A stretch of 64,000 bases of DNA from a virus: the IMG/VR virus record IMGVR_UViG_3300044716_000973, positions 1 to 64,000 of that record. One strand, 5' to 3'. The notes beneath the pieces were generated by a model. The model did not search any database and was not told where the DNA came from. It saw only the letters and a list, made by a program, of their open reading frames with translations. The translations under genes and the position numbers were made by a program. Shown here in pieces: positions 1 to 9,137 of the stretch; within the stretch, counting starts at the first letter, position 1; each line of letters begins with the position of its first letter.

Positions 1-1
1 G

Positions 2-502
2 GAAATCAGAACAACAAGAGATATTGCCCGCCAGATTTTGCGGCATAGTTCTTTCAGATTCCAAGAGTACAGTCAGCGTTACGCCGATCCAACCCAGGAT
101 CTGGGATTTGTTGTACGGGAAGCACGCTTGCAGGATGCCAAGAACCGGCAGAACTCAGTAGACGTTGAAGACTCTCGCCTGCAAGAAGAGTGGGCAATGA
201 GACAAGTAGCTGCAACTGATGCTGCTTTAGATGCTTATGAGTGGGCTATTGATAATGGGATCGCTAAGGAACAGGCACGTGCTGTTCTTCCTGAGGGCAA
301 TACAGAATCTGTAATGATTATGTCAGGTTCGCTTCGTTCATGGGTTCATTACTGCGAACTTCGTATGGACAAGGCAACTCAAAAAGAACACCGCATCGTT
401 GCTGAACAGTGCTGGGATATTATTTGTCACCACTTTCCAGATGTGAAGGCTGCTATGGATAGTATGGCAGCACAAGCAGAATTTGAAAGGAAACTTCCAT
501 GA
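2..502 (+). CDS. thyX: Flavin-dependent thymidylate synthase ThyX (5' end lies outside the window)
   Basis: Frame is open from base 2: EIRTTRDIARQILRHSSFRFQEYSQRY (ThyX RHRx7S region, variant), KEQARAVLP, GSLRSWVHY, TQKEHR. Confidence 0.93.
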   Translation, partial: EIRTTRDIARQILRHSSFRFQEYSQRYADPTQDLGFVVREARLQDAKNRQNSVDVEDSRLQEEWAMRQVAATDAALDAYEWAIDNGIAKEQARAVLPEGNTESVMIMSGSLRSWVHYCELRMDKATQKEHRIVAEQCWDIICHHFPDVKAAMDSMAAQAEFERKLP

Positions 503-645
503 TCAATTGGTTAGTATATAATAAAAATGATATCGTCGTTGCAGATGTTGAGTCTGAAGAAGAAGCTCTCGAGGTCGTAGAAGATCTTACAGAAGATCCG
601 TGGTGGAAAGACGCAGCGCCTTATCGAATAGAGATGTTGCCATGA
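499..645 (+). CDS. Small acidic hypothetical protein (48 aa, MINWLVYNKNDIVVADVESEEEALEV...)
   Basis: Read by hand; ATGA overlaps with the thyX stop and with the next gene's start; below the ORF-track cutoff. Confidence 0.7.
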   Translation: MINWLVYNKNDIVVADVESEEEALEVVEDLTEDPWWKDAAPYRIEMLP

Positions 646-812
646 CGCGAACAATTGTTAAGCAAACAGAAGACGGCGAGTTATATATAGATTTACCACC
701 GGAAACGATAGAAGCCATGGGATGGGACGAAGACACAGTCCTTGAATGGCGAATTTATGAAGACGGTACTATGGCATTAGGGAAAGCGGATGATTCAAGT
801 AACGAAGCGTGA
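642..812 (+). CDS. AbrB/MazE-like swapped-hairpin DNA-binding protein
   Basis: DGELYIDLPPETIEAMGWDEDTVLEW fits the AbrB pattern common in T4-like phages; ATG at 642 is coupled to the upstream stop. Confidence 0.65.
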   Translation: MTRTIVKQTEDGELYIDLPPETIEAMGWDEDTVLEWRIYEDGTMALGKADDSSNEA

Positions 813-3060
813 TGGAACGCGCGAACCTCTCGATATTAATAAGTTCCACAAAGTTGCTATGCACGCATGTGAAGGTCTATCCGGCGTTTCCGTATCTGAT
901 CTAGAAATTAAAACACACATTCAGTTCTACAACGGTATTAAAACTGGAGATATCCAGGAAACTCTCATCAAAGCAGCAGCTGATCTGATTGATGAAGATC
1001 ACCCCAACTATCAGTATGTTGCAGGTCGACTAATCAACTACCAGCTTCGTAAAGAAGTCTATGGTAAGTATGATCCGTATAAACTTCTTGAACATTATTG
1101 TAATGTTCGCAACGATGGATATTATGATACTGAGCTAGGTGAATCATACAGCGCAGCCGAGTTTGATGAACTTTGTAATTACATCGATCATGACCGTGAT
1201 AATCTGCTAACATATGCTGCCATGGAACAGTTCCGTGGCAAGTATCTTATTCGTAATCGTGTAACCAATAAGTTTTACGAAACTCCTCAAATGGCTTTCA
1301 TGTTGATTGCCATGACTCTTTTCCAAAACTACAAAAAAGACCGTCTCAAATGGGTAAAGGAACTCTATGATGCAATCAGTACTTTTGATATTAGTTTGCC
1401 TACTCCTATTATGGCAGGCGTTCGTTCCCCACAGCGTCAGTTTAGTTCGTGCGTACTTATCGAAACTGACGACTCGCTGGACTCAATAAATGCAACCTCC
1501 TCAGCAATCGTCAAGTACGTTAGCCAGAAAGCTGGAATTGGTATCGGCGGCGGTCGTATTAGGGCTGTTGGATCTCCTATACGCAATGGTGATGCTTCTC
1601 ACACTGGTGTTATTCCTTTCTGGAAGCATTTTCAATCTGCTGTTAAATCTTGTAGCCAAGGTGGTGTCCGTGGTGGAGCGGCGACACTCTATTACCCCCT
1701 TTGGCATTACGAAGTGGAGGATCTACTTGTCCTAAAGAATAACAAGGGCACTGAAGATAATCGTATTCGTCATTTGGACTATGGTGTCCAGTTTAATAAG
1801 GTAATGTATGAAAGACTTCTATCTGGAGGTAATATCACCCTCTTCTCACCTGGTGATGTACCGGATCTCTATGAAGCGTTTTACACGAGCGTTGATACGT
1901 TTAGAGAACTCTATGAAAGAGCAGAAAGAAACACCAAGCTCAGAAAAAAGACCATCCCTGCGATTGATCTCTTCTCAGCCTTCGTTACCGAAAGAAAAGA
2001 CACAGGTCGAATCTATCTGATGAACGTAGACCATGCCAATGAGCATGGTTCGTTTACTGAAGCAGCTCCAATCAAGATGAGCAATCTATGCTGCGAGATT
2101 ACACTACCAACTACACCGTTGAAGGATATTCATGATGAGTCAGGCGAAATTAGCCTTTGCACGCTTGCAGCAATCAATTGGGGAAGAATTAAAAAGCCGT
2201 CTGATTTCGAAAAGCCATGCACCATTGCAGTACGCGCTTTGGATGCCCTATTGGATTATCAGGACTATCCTGTTCGTGCCGCTGCTATTGGTACTCGGAA
2301 TCGTCGGCCTCTGGGCATTGGTATCATCAACTTTGCTTATTGGCTGGCTCGTAATGACACCAATTATTCTAATCCAGACCTTGATCTGGTGCATGAGTAT
2401 GCTGAAGCATGGAGCTACTATCTTATTAAAGCCTCGGTCGACTTGGCTGAAGAAGTAGGAGCATGCCCACTCGATCATGAAACCAAATACGGGCACGGGT
2501 ATATGCCAATCGATACGTACAAGAAAGATGTCGATGAGTTGGTTGCTCCTAACTATAAGATGCCATGGAGCATTCTTGCGAGTAGAGCGCTATCAACTGG
2601 CATTCGTAACTCGACTCTCATGGCTCTGATGCCGGCAGAAACTTCTGCTCAGATCTCTAACTCGACCAATGGTATTGAACCACCACGTGCTCTGGTTTCG
2701 ATCAAGCAATCGAAGGACGGCGTGCTGAAGCAAGTTGTTCCTGGTATTCAAAAGCTGAAGAATAAATACGAATTACTATGGGATCAAAAATCTCCTGAGG
2801 GTTATCTCAAGATTATGGCTGTCCTACAAAAGTTTATCGATCAGGCAATCTCGGTAAATACTTCTTACAATCCTCGTCATTATGAGGATGAAAAGATTCC
2901 GATGTCTGAAATGATTAAACATCTTTTGATGCATTATAAGTACGGCGGTAAGACTCTGTACTATTTCAACACCTTTGATGGTGCTGGTGAAATTGAAGAA
3001 CCAAAACCACTAGCACAAGGGCAAGTAGATGATGAGGATTGTGACTCTTGTAAAATCTAA
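790..3060 (+). CDS. nrdA: Class Ia ribonucleotide reductase alpha subunit with N-terminal ATP cone
   Basis: VTKRDG ATP cone, SSCVL, SNLCCEI, LMPAETS, LYY and C-terminal CDSC; no intron or intein seen. Confidence 0.98.
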   Translation: MIQVTKRDGTREPLDINKFHKVAMHACEGLSGVSVSDLEIKTHIQFYNGIKTGDIQETLIKAAADLIDEDHPNYQYVAGRLINYQLRKEVYGKYDPYKLLEHYCNVRNDGYYDTELGESYSAAEFDELCNYIDHDRDNLLTYAAMEQFRGKYLIRNRVTNKFYETPQMAFMLIAMTLFQNYKKDRLKWVKELYDAISTFDISLPTPIMAGVRSPQRQFSSCVLIETDDSLDSINATSSAIVKYVSQKAGIGIGGGRIRAVGSPIRNGDASHTGVIPFWKHFQSAVKSCSQGGVRGGAATLYYPLWHYEVEDLLVLKNNKGTEDNRIRHLDYGVQFNKVMYERLLSGGNITLFSPGDVPDLYEAFYTSVDTFRELYERAERNTKLRKKTIPAIDLFSAFVTERKDTGRIYLMNVDHANEHGSFTEAAPIKMSNLCCEITLPTTPLKDIHDESGEISLCTLAAINWGRIKKPSDFEKPCTIAVRALDALLDYQDYPVRAAAIGTRNRRPLGIGIINFAYWLARNDTNYSNPDLDLVHEYAEAWSYYLIKASVDLAEEVGACPLDHETKYGHGYMPIDTYKKDVDELVAPNYKMPWSILASRALSTGIRNSTLMALMPAETSAQISNSTNGIEPPRALVSIKQSKDGVLKQVVPGIQKLKNKYELLWDQKSPEGYLKIMAVLQKFIDQAISVNTSYNPRHYEDEKIPMSEMIKHLLMHYKYGGKTLYYFNTFDGAGEIEEPKPLAQGQVDDEDCDSCKI

Positions 3061-3072
3061 CAGGAGTATTCA

Positions 3073-3219
3073 ATGGCAAGAAAATCGCCATCAGCATCAG
3101 CTGTACAACACGTAAAGATCGTAACAGGTACATCGCAAGATATACGTCGACCAAAGCTGTCGTCCATGAATAAGCACAAGAAGAGAAATTTTAAAGCATA
3201 CCGTGGCCAAGGCCGTTGA
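3073..3219 (+). CDS. Small basic protein (48 aa) ending ...KRNFKAYRGQGR
   Basis: AGGAG Shine-Dalgarno at 3062; the C-terminal YRGQG motif resembles small proteins of T4-like phages. Confidence 0.75.
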   Translation: MARKSPSASAVQHVKIVTGTSQDIRRPKLSSMNKHKKRNFKAYRGQGR

Positions 3220-3232
3220 CAGGAGAGTGAAA

Positions 3233-3412
3233 ATGGATTATATTATGATTGATAACGACAAATGGGATGACGCCGGAAAGAAGTATAGACTGATTTCTTT
3301 GAATCGTCGTCCTAAAAGTACGGCCGTTGAACTAGAACTTGAATATGATGGACAAGTTATTCATAGAGTGGAAGCTTACCATAACATTCAGTTTTTAGAA
3401 GAAAAGGGTTAG
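3233..3412 (+). CDS. Hypothetical protein
   Basis: AGGAG Shine-Dalgarno before the ATG at 3233; fills the operon gap. Confidence 0.65.
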   Translation: MDYIMIDNDKWDDAGKKYRLISLNRRPKSTAVELELEYDGQVIHRVEAYHNIQFLEEKG

Positions 3413-3413
3413 A

Positions 3414-3959
3414 ATGCTATACACAGGCTCAGGGAATCTTCCTCACCACATCTATTGTTGGGTAGATTCTTCATTTATTCGCAAAGATGCTAAGCCTAAT
3501 ACGTATGAGCCTTGTATTTGGTTTGCACTACATGCAAAAGCAGGTCATTCATGGGGATGTCATGTAATGCTTGAATGTGGTGCAGTTTGGAGAGGTGTTC
3601 CTCCTCATGCATTAGCATTTGCACCAGATCCAGAAAAAACTTGGCGTCTTAAAGATACACAAATATGGGATTGTTATGGCGATCAGTTTTCTGTGTTGAT
3701 ATATAGTTATCTGCACAGCCAACAAGCAGAGATTCGAAGAAGCGGCCTTTTTGGCCGTTATCTTTTTACAGTCGTTCCAATGAACGATGGATATACACAA
3801 CACCCGTCTCAATCAAAAGAATTCATGTTCATTCAACTTGACAATGGTAGACTTACTATCATGCCAACGAATGAACTTCGATTCCATGATAAGTCATACA
3901 CCGAGGGCGATTGGCCTAAGGATTTGAAACTCAACGACAGTACCTGGAGAGTAGAATGA
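3414..3959 (+). CDS. Hypothetical phage protein (WDC motif) between nrdA and nrdB
   Basis: 181-aa ORF, stop overlaps the nrdB start; no function recognised. Confidence 0.75.
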   Translation: MLYTGSGNLPHHIYCWVDSSFIRKDAKPNTYEPCIWFALHAKAGHSWGCHVMLECGAVWRGVPPHALAFAPDPEKTWRLKDTQIWDCYGDQFSVLIYSYLHSQQAEIRRSGLFGRYLFTVVPMNDGYTQHPSQSKEFMFIQLDNGRLTIMPTNELRFHDKSYTEGDWPKDLKLNDSTWRVE

Positions 3960-5038
3960 CAGTATTTAGCATCAAGTTTGAAGATGCGACACAACAGAAT
4001 TGTTTCTTTGGCGAGCCAGTAAATATTGCTCGCTATGACAAGCAACGTTATTCTATTTTTGAAAAACTAACTGATAAGCAACTCGGTTTCTTTTGGAGAC
4101 CAGAGGAAGTTGATCTGTCACGCGATAGTAAAGACTTTAAAGGACTGACAGAGAATGAGAAACATATTTTCACAAGCAATCTCAAGAGGCAGATCCTCCT
4201 TGATTCTGTTCAGGGCAGAGCTCCATCTCTGGCTTTTCTTCCAATATGTTCGCTTCCTGAGTTGGAAACCTGGATCCAAACTTGGGCGTTTAGTGAGACG
4301 ATTCACTCCCGTTCCTACACTCATATCATTCGTAACGTCTATTCTGATCCTTCCAGAGTCTTCGATGAGATGCTGGACATCCAGGAAATAGCTGATTGCG
4401 CACAAGACATTAGTAAGTACTATGATGATTTGATTAAGTGGAATAATCTGGCATATGATCCCGGTGAATTTTATAATGAATACGATCATAAGAAAGCACT
4501 GTGGCTCTGTCTGAATGCCGTGAATGCTTTAGAAGGAGTAAGATTTTATGTCTCGTTTGCATGCAGTTGGGCTTTTGCGGAAGTTAAGAAAATGGAAGGC
4601 AACGCCAAAATCATCAAGCTTATCGCGCGGGACGAGAACGTTCATCTTGCCTCAACTCAGCAGCTCCTCAAAATTCTACCGAAAGAGGATGAAGACTTTG
4701 CTCGCATACAAGAAGAAACACGGGATGAGTGCATCAGCATGTTTTACCGAGTGGTCGAACAAGAAAAAAGCTGGGCACATTACCTATTTCAGAACGGGTC
4801 GATGATCGGTCTGAATGAAGAACTTCTTTGCCAGTATGTAGACCATATTGCCGCAAAGCGTATGGGTGCTATTGGACTCAATGGTAAGCCTGGAGCGAAT
4901 CCTTTGCCATGGACTCAAAAGTGGATCTCAGGCTCCGAAGTTCAGGTTGCTCCACAAGAAACAGAAATTACTAGTTATGTAATTGGTGGTGTCAAAAAAG
5001 ATGTTGACGAAAACACTTTCAAAGGATTTAGCCTCTAA
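3956..5038 (+). CDS. nrdB: Class Ia ribonucleotide reductase beta subunit
   Basis: FFWRPEEVDL, LLDSVQGR, ETIHSRSY, LEGVRFYVSF, RDENVH, VAPQETEITSY. Confidence 0.98.
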   Translation: MTVFSIKFEDATQQNCFFGEPVNIARYDKQRYSIFEKLTDKQLGFFWRPEEVDLSRDSKDFKGLTENEKHIFTSNLKRQILLDSVQGRAPSLAFLPICSLPELETWIQTWAFSETIHSRSYTHIIRNVYSDPSRVFDEMLDIQEIADCAQDISKYYDDLIKWNNLAYDPGEFYNEYDHKKALWLCLNAVNALEGVRFYVSFACSWAFAEVKKMEGNAKIIKLIARDENVHLASTQQLLKILPKEDEDFARIQEETRDECISMFYRVVEQEKSWAHYLFQNGSMIGLNEELLCQYVDHIAAKRMGAIGLNGKPGANPLPWTQKWISGSEVQVAPQETEITSYVIGGVKKDVDENTFKGFSL

Positions 5039-5175
5039 TGGATTGGATAACCTGCCCCTCATGCGATGAGGAATTCAAAATCATCACGGACAGTACTATA
5101 AAACCAGTTTATTGTCCATTTTGTTCTGAAGAACTTGATATTGAAGATCTTTTTGATGACGAAGAAGATGAATAA
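5038..5175 (+). CDS. Small zinc-ribbon protein with acidic tail (45 aa)
   Basis: MDWITCPSCDEEF...YCPFCSEELDIEDLFDDEEDE; two CxxC motifs; TAATG overlap with the nrdB stop. Confidence 0.8.
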   Translation: MDWITCPSCDEEFKIITDSTIKPVYCPFCSEELDIEDLFDDEEDE

Positions 5176-5210
5176 ATAAATCTTTCCGCTTGTTATGGAA
5201 TAGATTTATG
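5171..5210 (+). promoter_or_regulatory. Late-type promoter AATAAATA overlapping a hairpin that sequesters the RBS and ATG of the GIY-YIG gene
   Basis: ATAAATCTTTCC (5176-5187) pairs with GGAA-T-AGATTTAT (5197-5209): 12 bp with one bulge. Confidence 0.6.
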
Positions 5211-5630
5211 GGTTGGTTATACGAAGACAGAGAGTTTACTCACGACGATGAATGGTACGGCTTCGTATATCTCATTGAAAACTTGACCAATGGTAAGAAA
5301 TACATAGGTCGCAAGTATCTCACAAAAGCTGGATACAAGACTGTCAAAGGCAAACGTAAGAAGATCCGAGTAGAGTCCGATTGGGATTCCTATTACGGGT
5401 CTTCTTCTGCTCTAAAAGAGGACATTGAAAAGCTCGGCAAAGAGAATTTCAAAAGAACTATTTTGCGTCTATGTAAATCCCGTGGTGAATGTAATTACTT
5501 TGAAACAAAATACATCTTTGATTACGATGCAATATTAGATCCAAACTACTATAATACTTGGGTAAGTTGTAAGATTCAAGCAAGCCATGTGAAGGCTTTA
5601 CTTTTTAACCCCGAACAGGAGACTTTATGA
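5208..5630 (+). CDS. GIY-YIG endonuclease (single catalytic domain, Seg-like)
   Basis: GFVYLIENLTNGKKYIGRK, YYGSS, NFKRTIL, conserved Glu and YYN; ATG at 5208 preferred over TTG at 5190. Confidence 0.85.
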   Translation: MGWLYEDREFTHDDEWYGFVYLIENLTNGKKYIGRKYLTKAGYKTVKGKRKKIRVESDWDSYYGSSSALKEDIEKLGKENFKRTILRLCKSRGECNYFETKYIFDYDAILDPNYYNTWVSCKIQASHVKALLFNPEQETL

Positions 5631-5631
5631 G

Positions 5632-6018
5632 GTGGGCAAAGTACTAGAACATAAGCACTTAATTGTAAGAGCAGAATTAAGTAATCCTCCACAGTGCACG
5701 ACTGCTATTGAAGCATGGATGAAAAACCTTGTGGAAGCTATTGATATGAAGATTCTGATGGGACCTTATTCGGTCTATTCAGATATGGTTGGTAACCGTG
5801 GCTTGACTGCAGTAACCATCATTGAAACTAGTCATATTGCTCTTCATGTTTGGGACGAGTGCGAACCAGCACTTGCTCAATTGGACGTCTATACATGTAG
5901 TACTCTGAATATTCAAGATGTATTTCAAGCCATTGAAGCTTGGAACCCAACAAAAGTAGAGTATAAGTATATTGATAGAGAAAATGAGTTGACATTAATT
6001 GAGAAGAATGTTATATAA
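5632..6018 (+). CDS. speD: Pyruvoyl-dependent decarboxylase, S-adenosylmethionine decarboxylase family
   Basis: HLIV, GLTAVTIIETSHIALHVWDE, LDVYTC; substrate uncertain. Confidence 0.85.
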   Translation: MGKVLEHKHLIVRAELSNPPQCTTAIEAWMKNLVEAIDMKILMGPYSVYSDMVGNRGLTAVTIIETSHIALHVWDECEPALAQLDVYTCSTLNIQDVFQAIEAWNPTKVEYKYIDRENELTLIEKNVI

Positions 6019-6019
6019 T
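5989..6019 (+). promoter_or_regulatory. Sigma70-type early promoter
   Basis: TTGACA (5989) followed 17-19 bp later by TATATA/TATAAT. Confidence 0.6.
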
Positions 6020-6035
6020 AAGAAGGTGAAGTGAT

Positions 6036-6131
6036 ATGCCACATCCAGCAAAAAATAGACCACGTAAGGGTCGCCGTAAAATCGGCTCAACTAAGCGCAA
6101 AGCACGTGGTGCTCGTAAAAACAAGAAGTGA
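6036..6131 (+). CDS. Very basic 31-aa peptide MPHPAKNRPRKGRRKIGSTKRKARGARKNKK
   Basis: AAGGTGA Shine-Dalgarno upstream; fills the gap between speD and the next gene; first gene after a promoter. Confidence 0.7.
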   Translation: MPHPAKNRPRKGRRKIGSTKRKARGARKNKK

Positions 6132-6140
6132 GGTTATATA

Positions 6141-6407
6141 ATGGGTAAGAAGAGAACTCGTAAAACAGTTGTATCAAAAGGCCAGCGTCGTAATATCGTT
6201 GCTGGTGTAAAGGAAATGCGTAGAGATACGACACCTCTTGAAAAAGCAATGAACAAGCTAAAGGCTTGGAAGAGAGGTCAGAATCCTTGGGTTACCGTTC
6301 CAGGACCAAGTTCAAACATGCGCTTTATTCGTGTCCGTGCAAATACTGCATGGGGCGATCCTCGTTATGTAGCAAACATTTACAGAGGAAAGAATGCAGA
6401 TGAATAA
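6141..6407 (+). CDS. Basic hypothetical protein
   Basis: GAGG Shine-Dalgarno; 88-aa K/R-rich ORF. Confidence 0.75.
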   Translation: MGKKRTRKTVVSKGQRRNIVAGVKEMRRDTTPLEKAMNKLKAWKRGQNPWVTVPGPSSNMRFIRVRANTAWGDPRYVANIYRGKNADE

Positions 6408-6651
6408 GGTTATTATCTACACTAAAGACAATTGTCCGTTTTGTGTGCAGGCTAAAAATCTATTTTCTGCAAAAGGTGTCACCTATCAAGAGATGAAGAT
6501 TGGTGCAGAATTAACTCGTGAAGAGTTTATGGAAATCTTTCCAAACGTGAGAACAGTTCCTTTTATTATTATTGATGGAGAAGAAGTAGGTGGTTATGAC
6601 AGACTCGTTGAATACTACAACCGACCAGAGCAACACTTCCTGGCGGAATGA
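6394..6651 (+). CDS. Glutaredoxin
   Basis: CPFC active site, RTVP, IDGEEVGGY. Confidence 0.95.
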   Translation: MQMNKVIIYTKDNCPFCVQAKNLFSAKGVTYQEMKIGAELTREEFMEIFPNVRTVPFIIIDGEEVGGYDRLVEYYNRPEQHFLAE

Positions 6652-6901
6652 ATATCTTAAAACAACATTGAAGGCTTCAACTCTGCGTGTTGTCTTTGTA
6701 AAGAAAGATGGTACAGAGCGTACTATGCTTTGTACATTAAACCCAGATCTACTTCCAGCTCAGACGGACCTTGAAGAGGCTGTACAGAAGAAGACTCCAA
6801 ATCCAGAAGTGCTGGCTGTGTGGGATCTTGAAGCACAGGGATGGCGTTCATTCCGCTATGACTCGATCATCGGGTTCTCGGAGAGAGAATGGGTACCATG
6901 A
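6590..6901 (+). CDS. WYL-like / SH3 beta-barrel phage protein
   Basis: VVFVKKDGTERTMLCTL...VWDLEAQGWRSFRYD pattern; start codon uncertain. Confidence 0.75.
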   Translation: MVMTDSLNTTTDQSNTSWRNEYLKTTLKASTLRVVFVKKDGTERTMLCTLNPDLLPAQTDLEEAVQKKTPNPEVLAVWDLEAQGWRSFRYDSIIGFSEREWVP

Positions 6902-7236
6902 TTTACATGGTAGATATTGACCAGACTATCTGTGTCACTCCATTTGTGGATGGAAAGCATCGCTACGATCTTTCCACTCCAATCGATCATCGTATTGAAG
7001 TAATAAATAAACTATACGACCAAGGTCATACTATTAAGTATTGGACCGCTCGTGGTTCAGGTTCGGGAATCGACTGGACAAAACTCACCACACAACAACT
7101 AAATGACTGGGGCTGCAAGTTCCATGAAGTGCGTCTAGGAAAACCATCTTACGACGTATGGATTGACGATAAAGCTGTTAACGATAAAGAGTTCTTCTTT
7201 CTTGTAGACCATAATGTCGGAGATATTAATGAATAA
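6898..7236 (+). CDS. Small HAD-superfamily phosphatase (capsule-biosynthesis phosphatase type)
   Basis: DIDQT (DxDxT), TARG, GKP and IDDKA motifs. Confidence 0.85.
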   Translation: MIYMVDIDQTICVTPFVDGKHRYDLSTPIDHRIEVINKLYDQGHTIKYWTARGSGSGIDWTKLTTQQLNDWGCKFHEVRLGKPSYDVWIDDKAVNDKEFFFLVDHNVGDINE

Positions 7237-8212
7237 CCAAGACCTAATTGAATTGAATGAACTGAACAAGGAGTCGAATGGTGGAACAGAACTTACCACC
7301 CGGAATCTCTTCCACCGACTTACACGTGATGAACTCGATGGCGTCCAAATTATCACTGCTCGCGTCCGCGAACTTGATCCAGAGCGAATTAGAATCTATC
7401 ATCTTCACGACCTACCTCTCGATCCGGAAGCTGAACACCTCAAAGATCCAGCTTCTCGAGATCGCTTCCACAAGTTGGTCTTCAGCTCTAACTGGCAATA
7501 TCAGCAATATCGCGACTATCTTGGAATTCCATATAGCCATCAATCGTGCGTTATTGAAACAGGTGTCGAACCTATCCCACTCGTTGAGAAGCCAAAGGAC
7601 AAAATACGCCTCATTTATACATCCACACCTCATCGCGGATTGGAGATTCTGGTTCCTGTTTTTTGCGCTCTCGCAGAAAAGTATCCAAACATCGAACTAG
7701 ATGTCTTTAGCTCGTTTGGTATCTATGGTAAGAACTGGGAAGGGCGTGATGCTCAATATGAACCACTCTTCCAGAAAATGAGAGACCATCCACAAATCAA
7801 CTATCACGGTTGGGCAGATCAGGAAACAGTACGTGCAGCATATCAAAAGGCTCACATCTTTGCGTATCCATGTATCTGGCCAGAGACGTCTTGCCGTTCA
7901 TTGATTGAAGCAATGTCTGCTGGTTGTTTGGCAGTTCATCCTAACTTCTCTGCATTGACTGATACCTCTGCTGGTTTGACTGTACAGTATGATGGCGATC
8001 ATGAAGATATGAATCTCCATGCCAACATCTTTGCTCATACTCTGATGTACGCAATTGAAAATGTACAGAATAACGACTTGACAAACCTTCTCACATTCAT
8101 CAAAGCATATGCTGATACTCGCTTCTCTTGGGAATCAATCATGCCTAAGTGGAAGGGTCTAATTGCATCATTGAAGGAACAACACAGTGATCTTGGCAAA
8201 AGCGCCTCTTAG
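7229..8212 (+). CDS. GT-B fold glycosyltransferase (GT4-like)
   Basis: GGTE N-terminal motif, YTSTPHRGL, YPCIWPETSCRSLIEAMSAG (Ex7E). Confidence 0.9.
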   Translation: MNNQDLIELNELNKESNGGTELTTRNLFHRLTRDELDGVQIITARVRELDPERIRIYHLHDLPLDPEAEHLKDPASRDRFHKLVFSSNWQYQQYRDYLGIPYSHQSCVIETGVEPIPLVEKPKDKIRLIYTSTPHRGLEILVPVFCALAEKYPNIELDVFSSFGIYGKNWEGRDAQYEPLFQKMRDHPQINYHGWADQETVRAAYQKAHIFAYPCIWPETSCRSLIEAMSAGCLAVHPNFSALTDTSAGLTVQYDGDHEDMNLHANIFAHTLMYAIENVQNNDLTNLLTFIKAYADTRFSWESIMPKWKGLIASLKEQHSDLGKSAS

Positions 8213-9137
8213 AGTATCGTTCTTCGGTGGGGGTAGTGATATCCCCACCCACTTTGCTACGTGGGGTGGAGCCACTATCTCGACTGCTATCGACAAGTAT
8301 GTCTATGTAGCAGTCATGCACACTCCTCATGATCATATCAAAGTAACCTATTCAAAGTTAGAATGTGTTACCAACGTAGAAGACATTCAGAATGAAATCG
8401 TTCGGAATGCTTTGAAATTCTTTGGAATCAAATCCAACATCGAGATCACTTCATTCGCAGACATCCCTACGATCGGCAACGGTCTTGGTGGATCGTCTGC
8501 TTTTACTTGTGCTCTTGTCAAGGCATTGTCTGCCTATCTTGGGTTTGAATATGTTAACCCGTATCTTATTGCCAAGACTGCTTGCCATATCGAGATCGAT
8601 CTCTGTGGCTGGAAGATTGGTATGCAAGACCAGTTTGCATCTGCATTCGGCGGTATGAACTACATTGAGTATGCTAATGAACTTGGCAATGGCCGTGTAG
8701 ATGTCAAACGTCTAGACTCAAATGCAATTGAGAACTACATGATCTTGATTCCTACTAATGTAGAACACCATGCCGCAAAGATCTTGGATAACATCAACTT
8801 TGAAGCCAAGACGTTTGTCATTCGCCAACTTGCTGACATGGCAAGGATGCAAGGTACTCAGCAGGTGAATATCAACGAATATGGTGGTTTGTTGAACTCG
8901 GCGTGGATATTAAAGAAACAAATAACTGAAGGCATCTCTTCTGAAGAGATAGATAGTATGTACGATCGATGCCAACAAGCCGGCGCACTTGGAGCTAAAT
9001 TGCTTGGTGCAGGCGGTGGTGGTTATATGCTGGCACTCACAGACGCCAAAAGTAAGATTCGCCAAGAATTCTCAGATCATACTTGCCTTGACGTAGGTAT
9101 TTCACATGAAGGAGCAAGAGTTGTCTATAGAGACTGA
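8187..9137 (+). CDS. hddA: GHMP sugar kinase, D-glycero-alpha-D-manno-heptose-7-phosphate kinase family
   Basis: APLRVSFFGGGSD, GNGLGGSS, IGMQDQFASAFGG, GAKLLGAGGGG. Confidence 0.85.
   Translation: MILAKAPLRVSFFGGGSDIPTHFATWGGATISTAIDKYVYVAVMHTPHDHIKVTYSKLECVTNVEDIQNEIVRNALKFFGIKSNIEITSFADIPTIGNGLGGSSAFTCALVKALSAYLGFEYVNPYLIAKTACHIEIDLCGWKIGMQDQFASAFGGMNYIEYANELGNGRVDVKRLDSNAIENYMILIPTNVEHHAAKILDNINFEAKTFVIRQLADMARMQGTQQVNINEYGGLLNSAWILKKQITEGISSEEIDSMYDRCQQAGALGAKLLGAGGGGYMLALTDAKSKIRQEFSDHTCLDVGISHEGARVVYRD

Noticed and set aside
790-5038. Introns or inteins in nrdA/nrdB
   Set aside because: Both ORFs are continuous and of normal length; the gap between them holds three ordinary small ORFs.
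5038-5175. LysW amino-group carrier protein
   Set aside because: The zinc ribbon and acidic tail are similar, but the EDWGE terminus and lysine/arginine pathway genes are absent.
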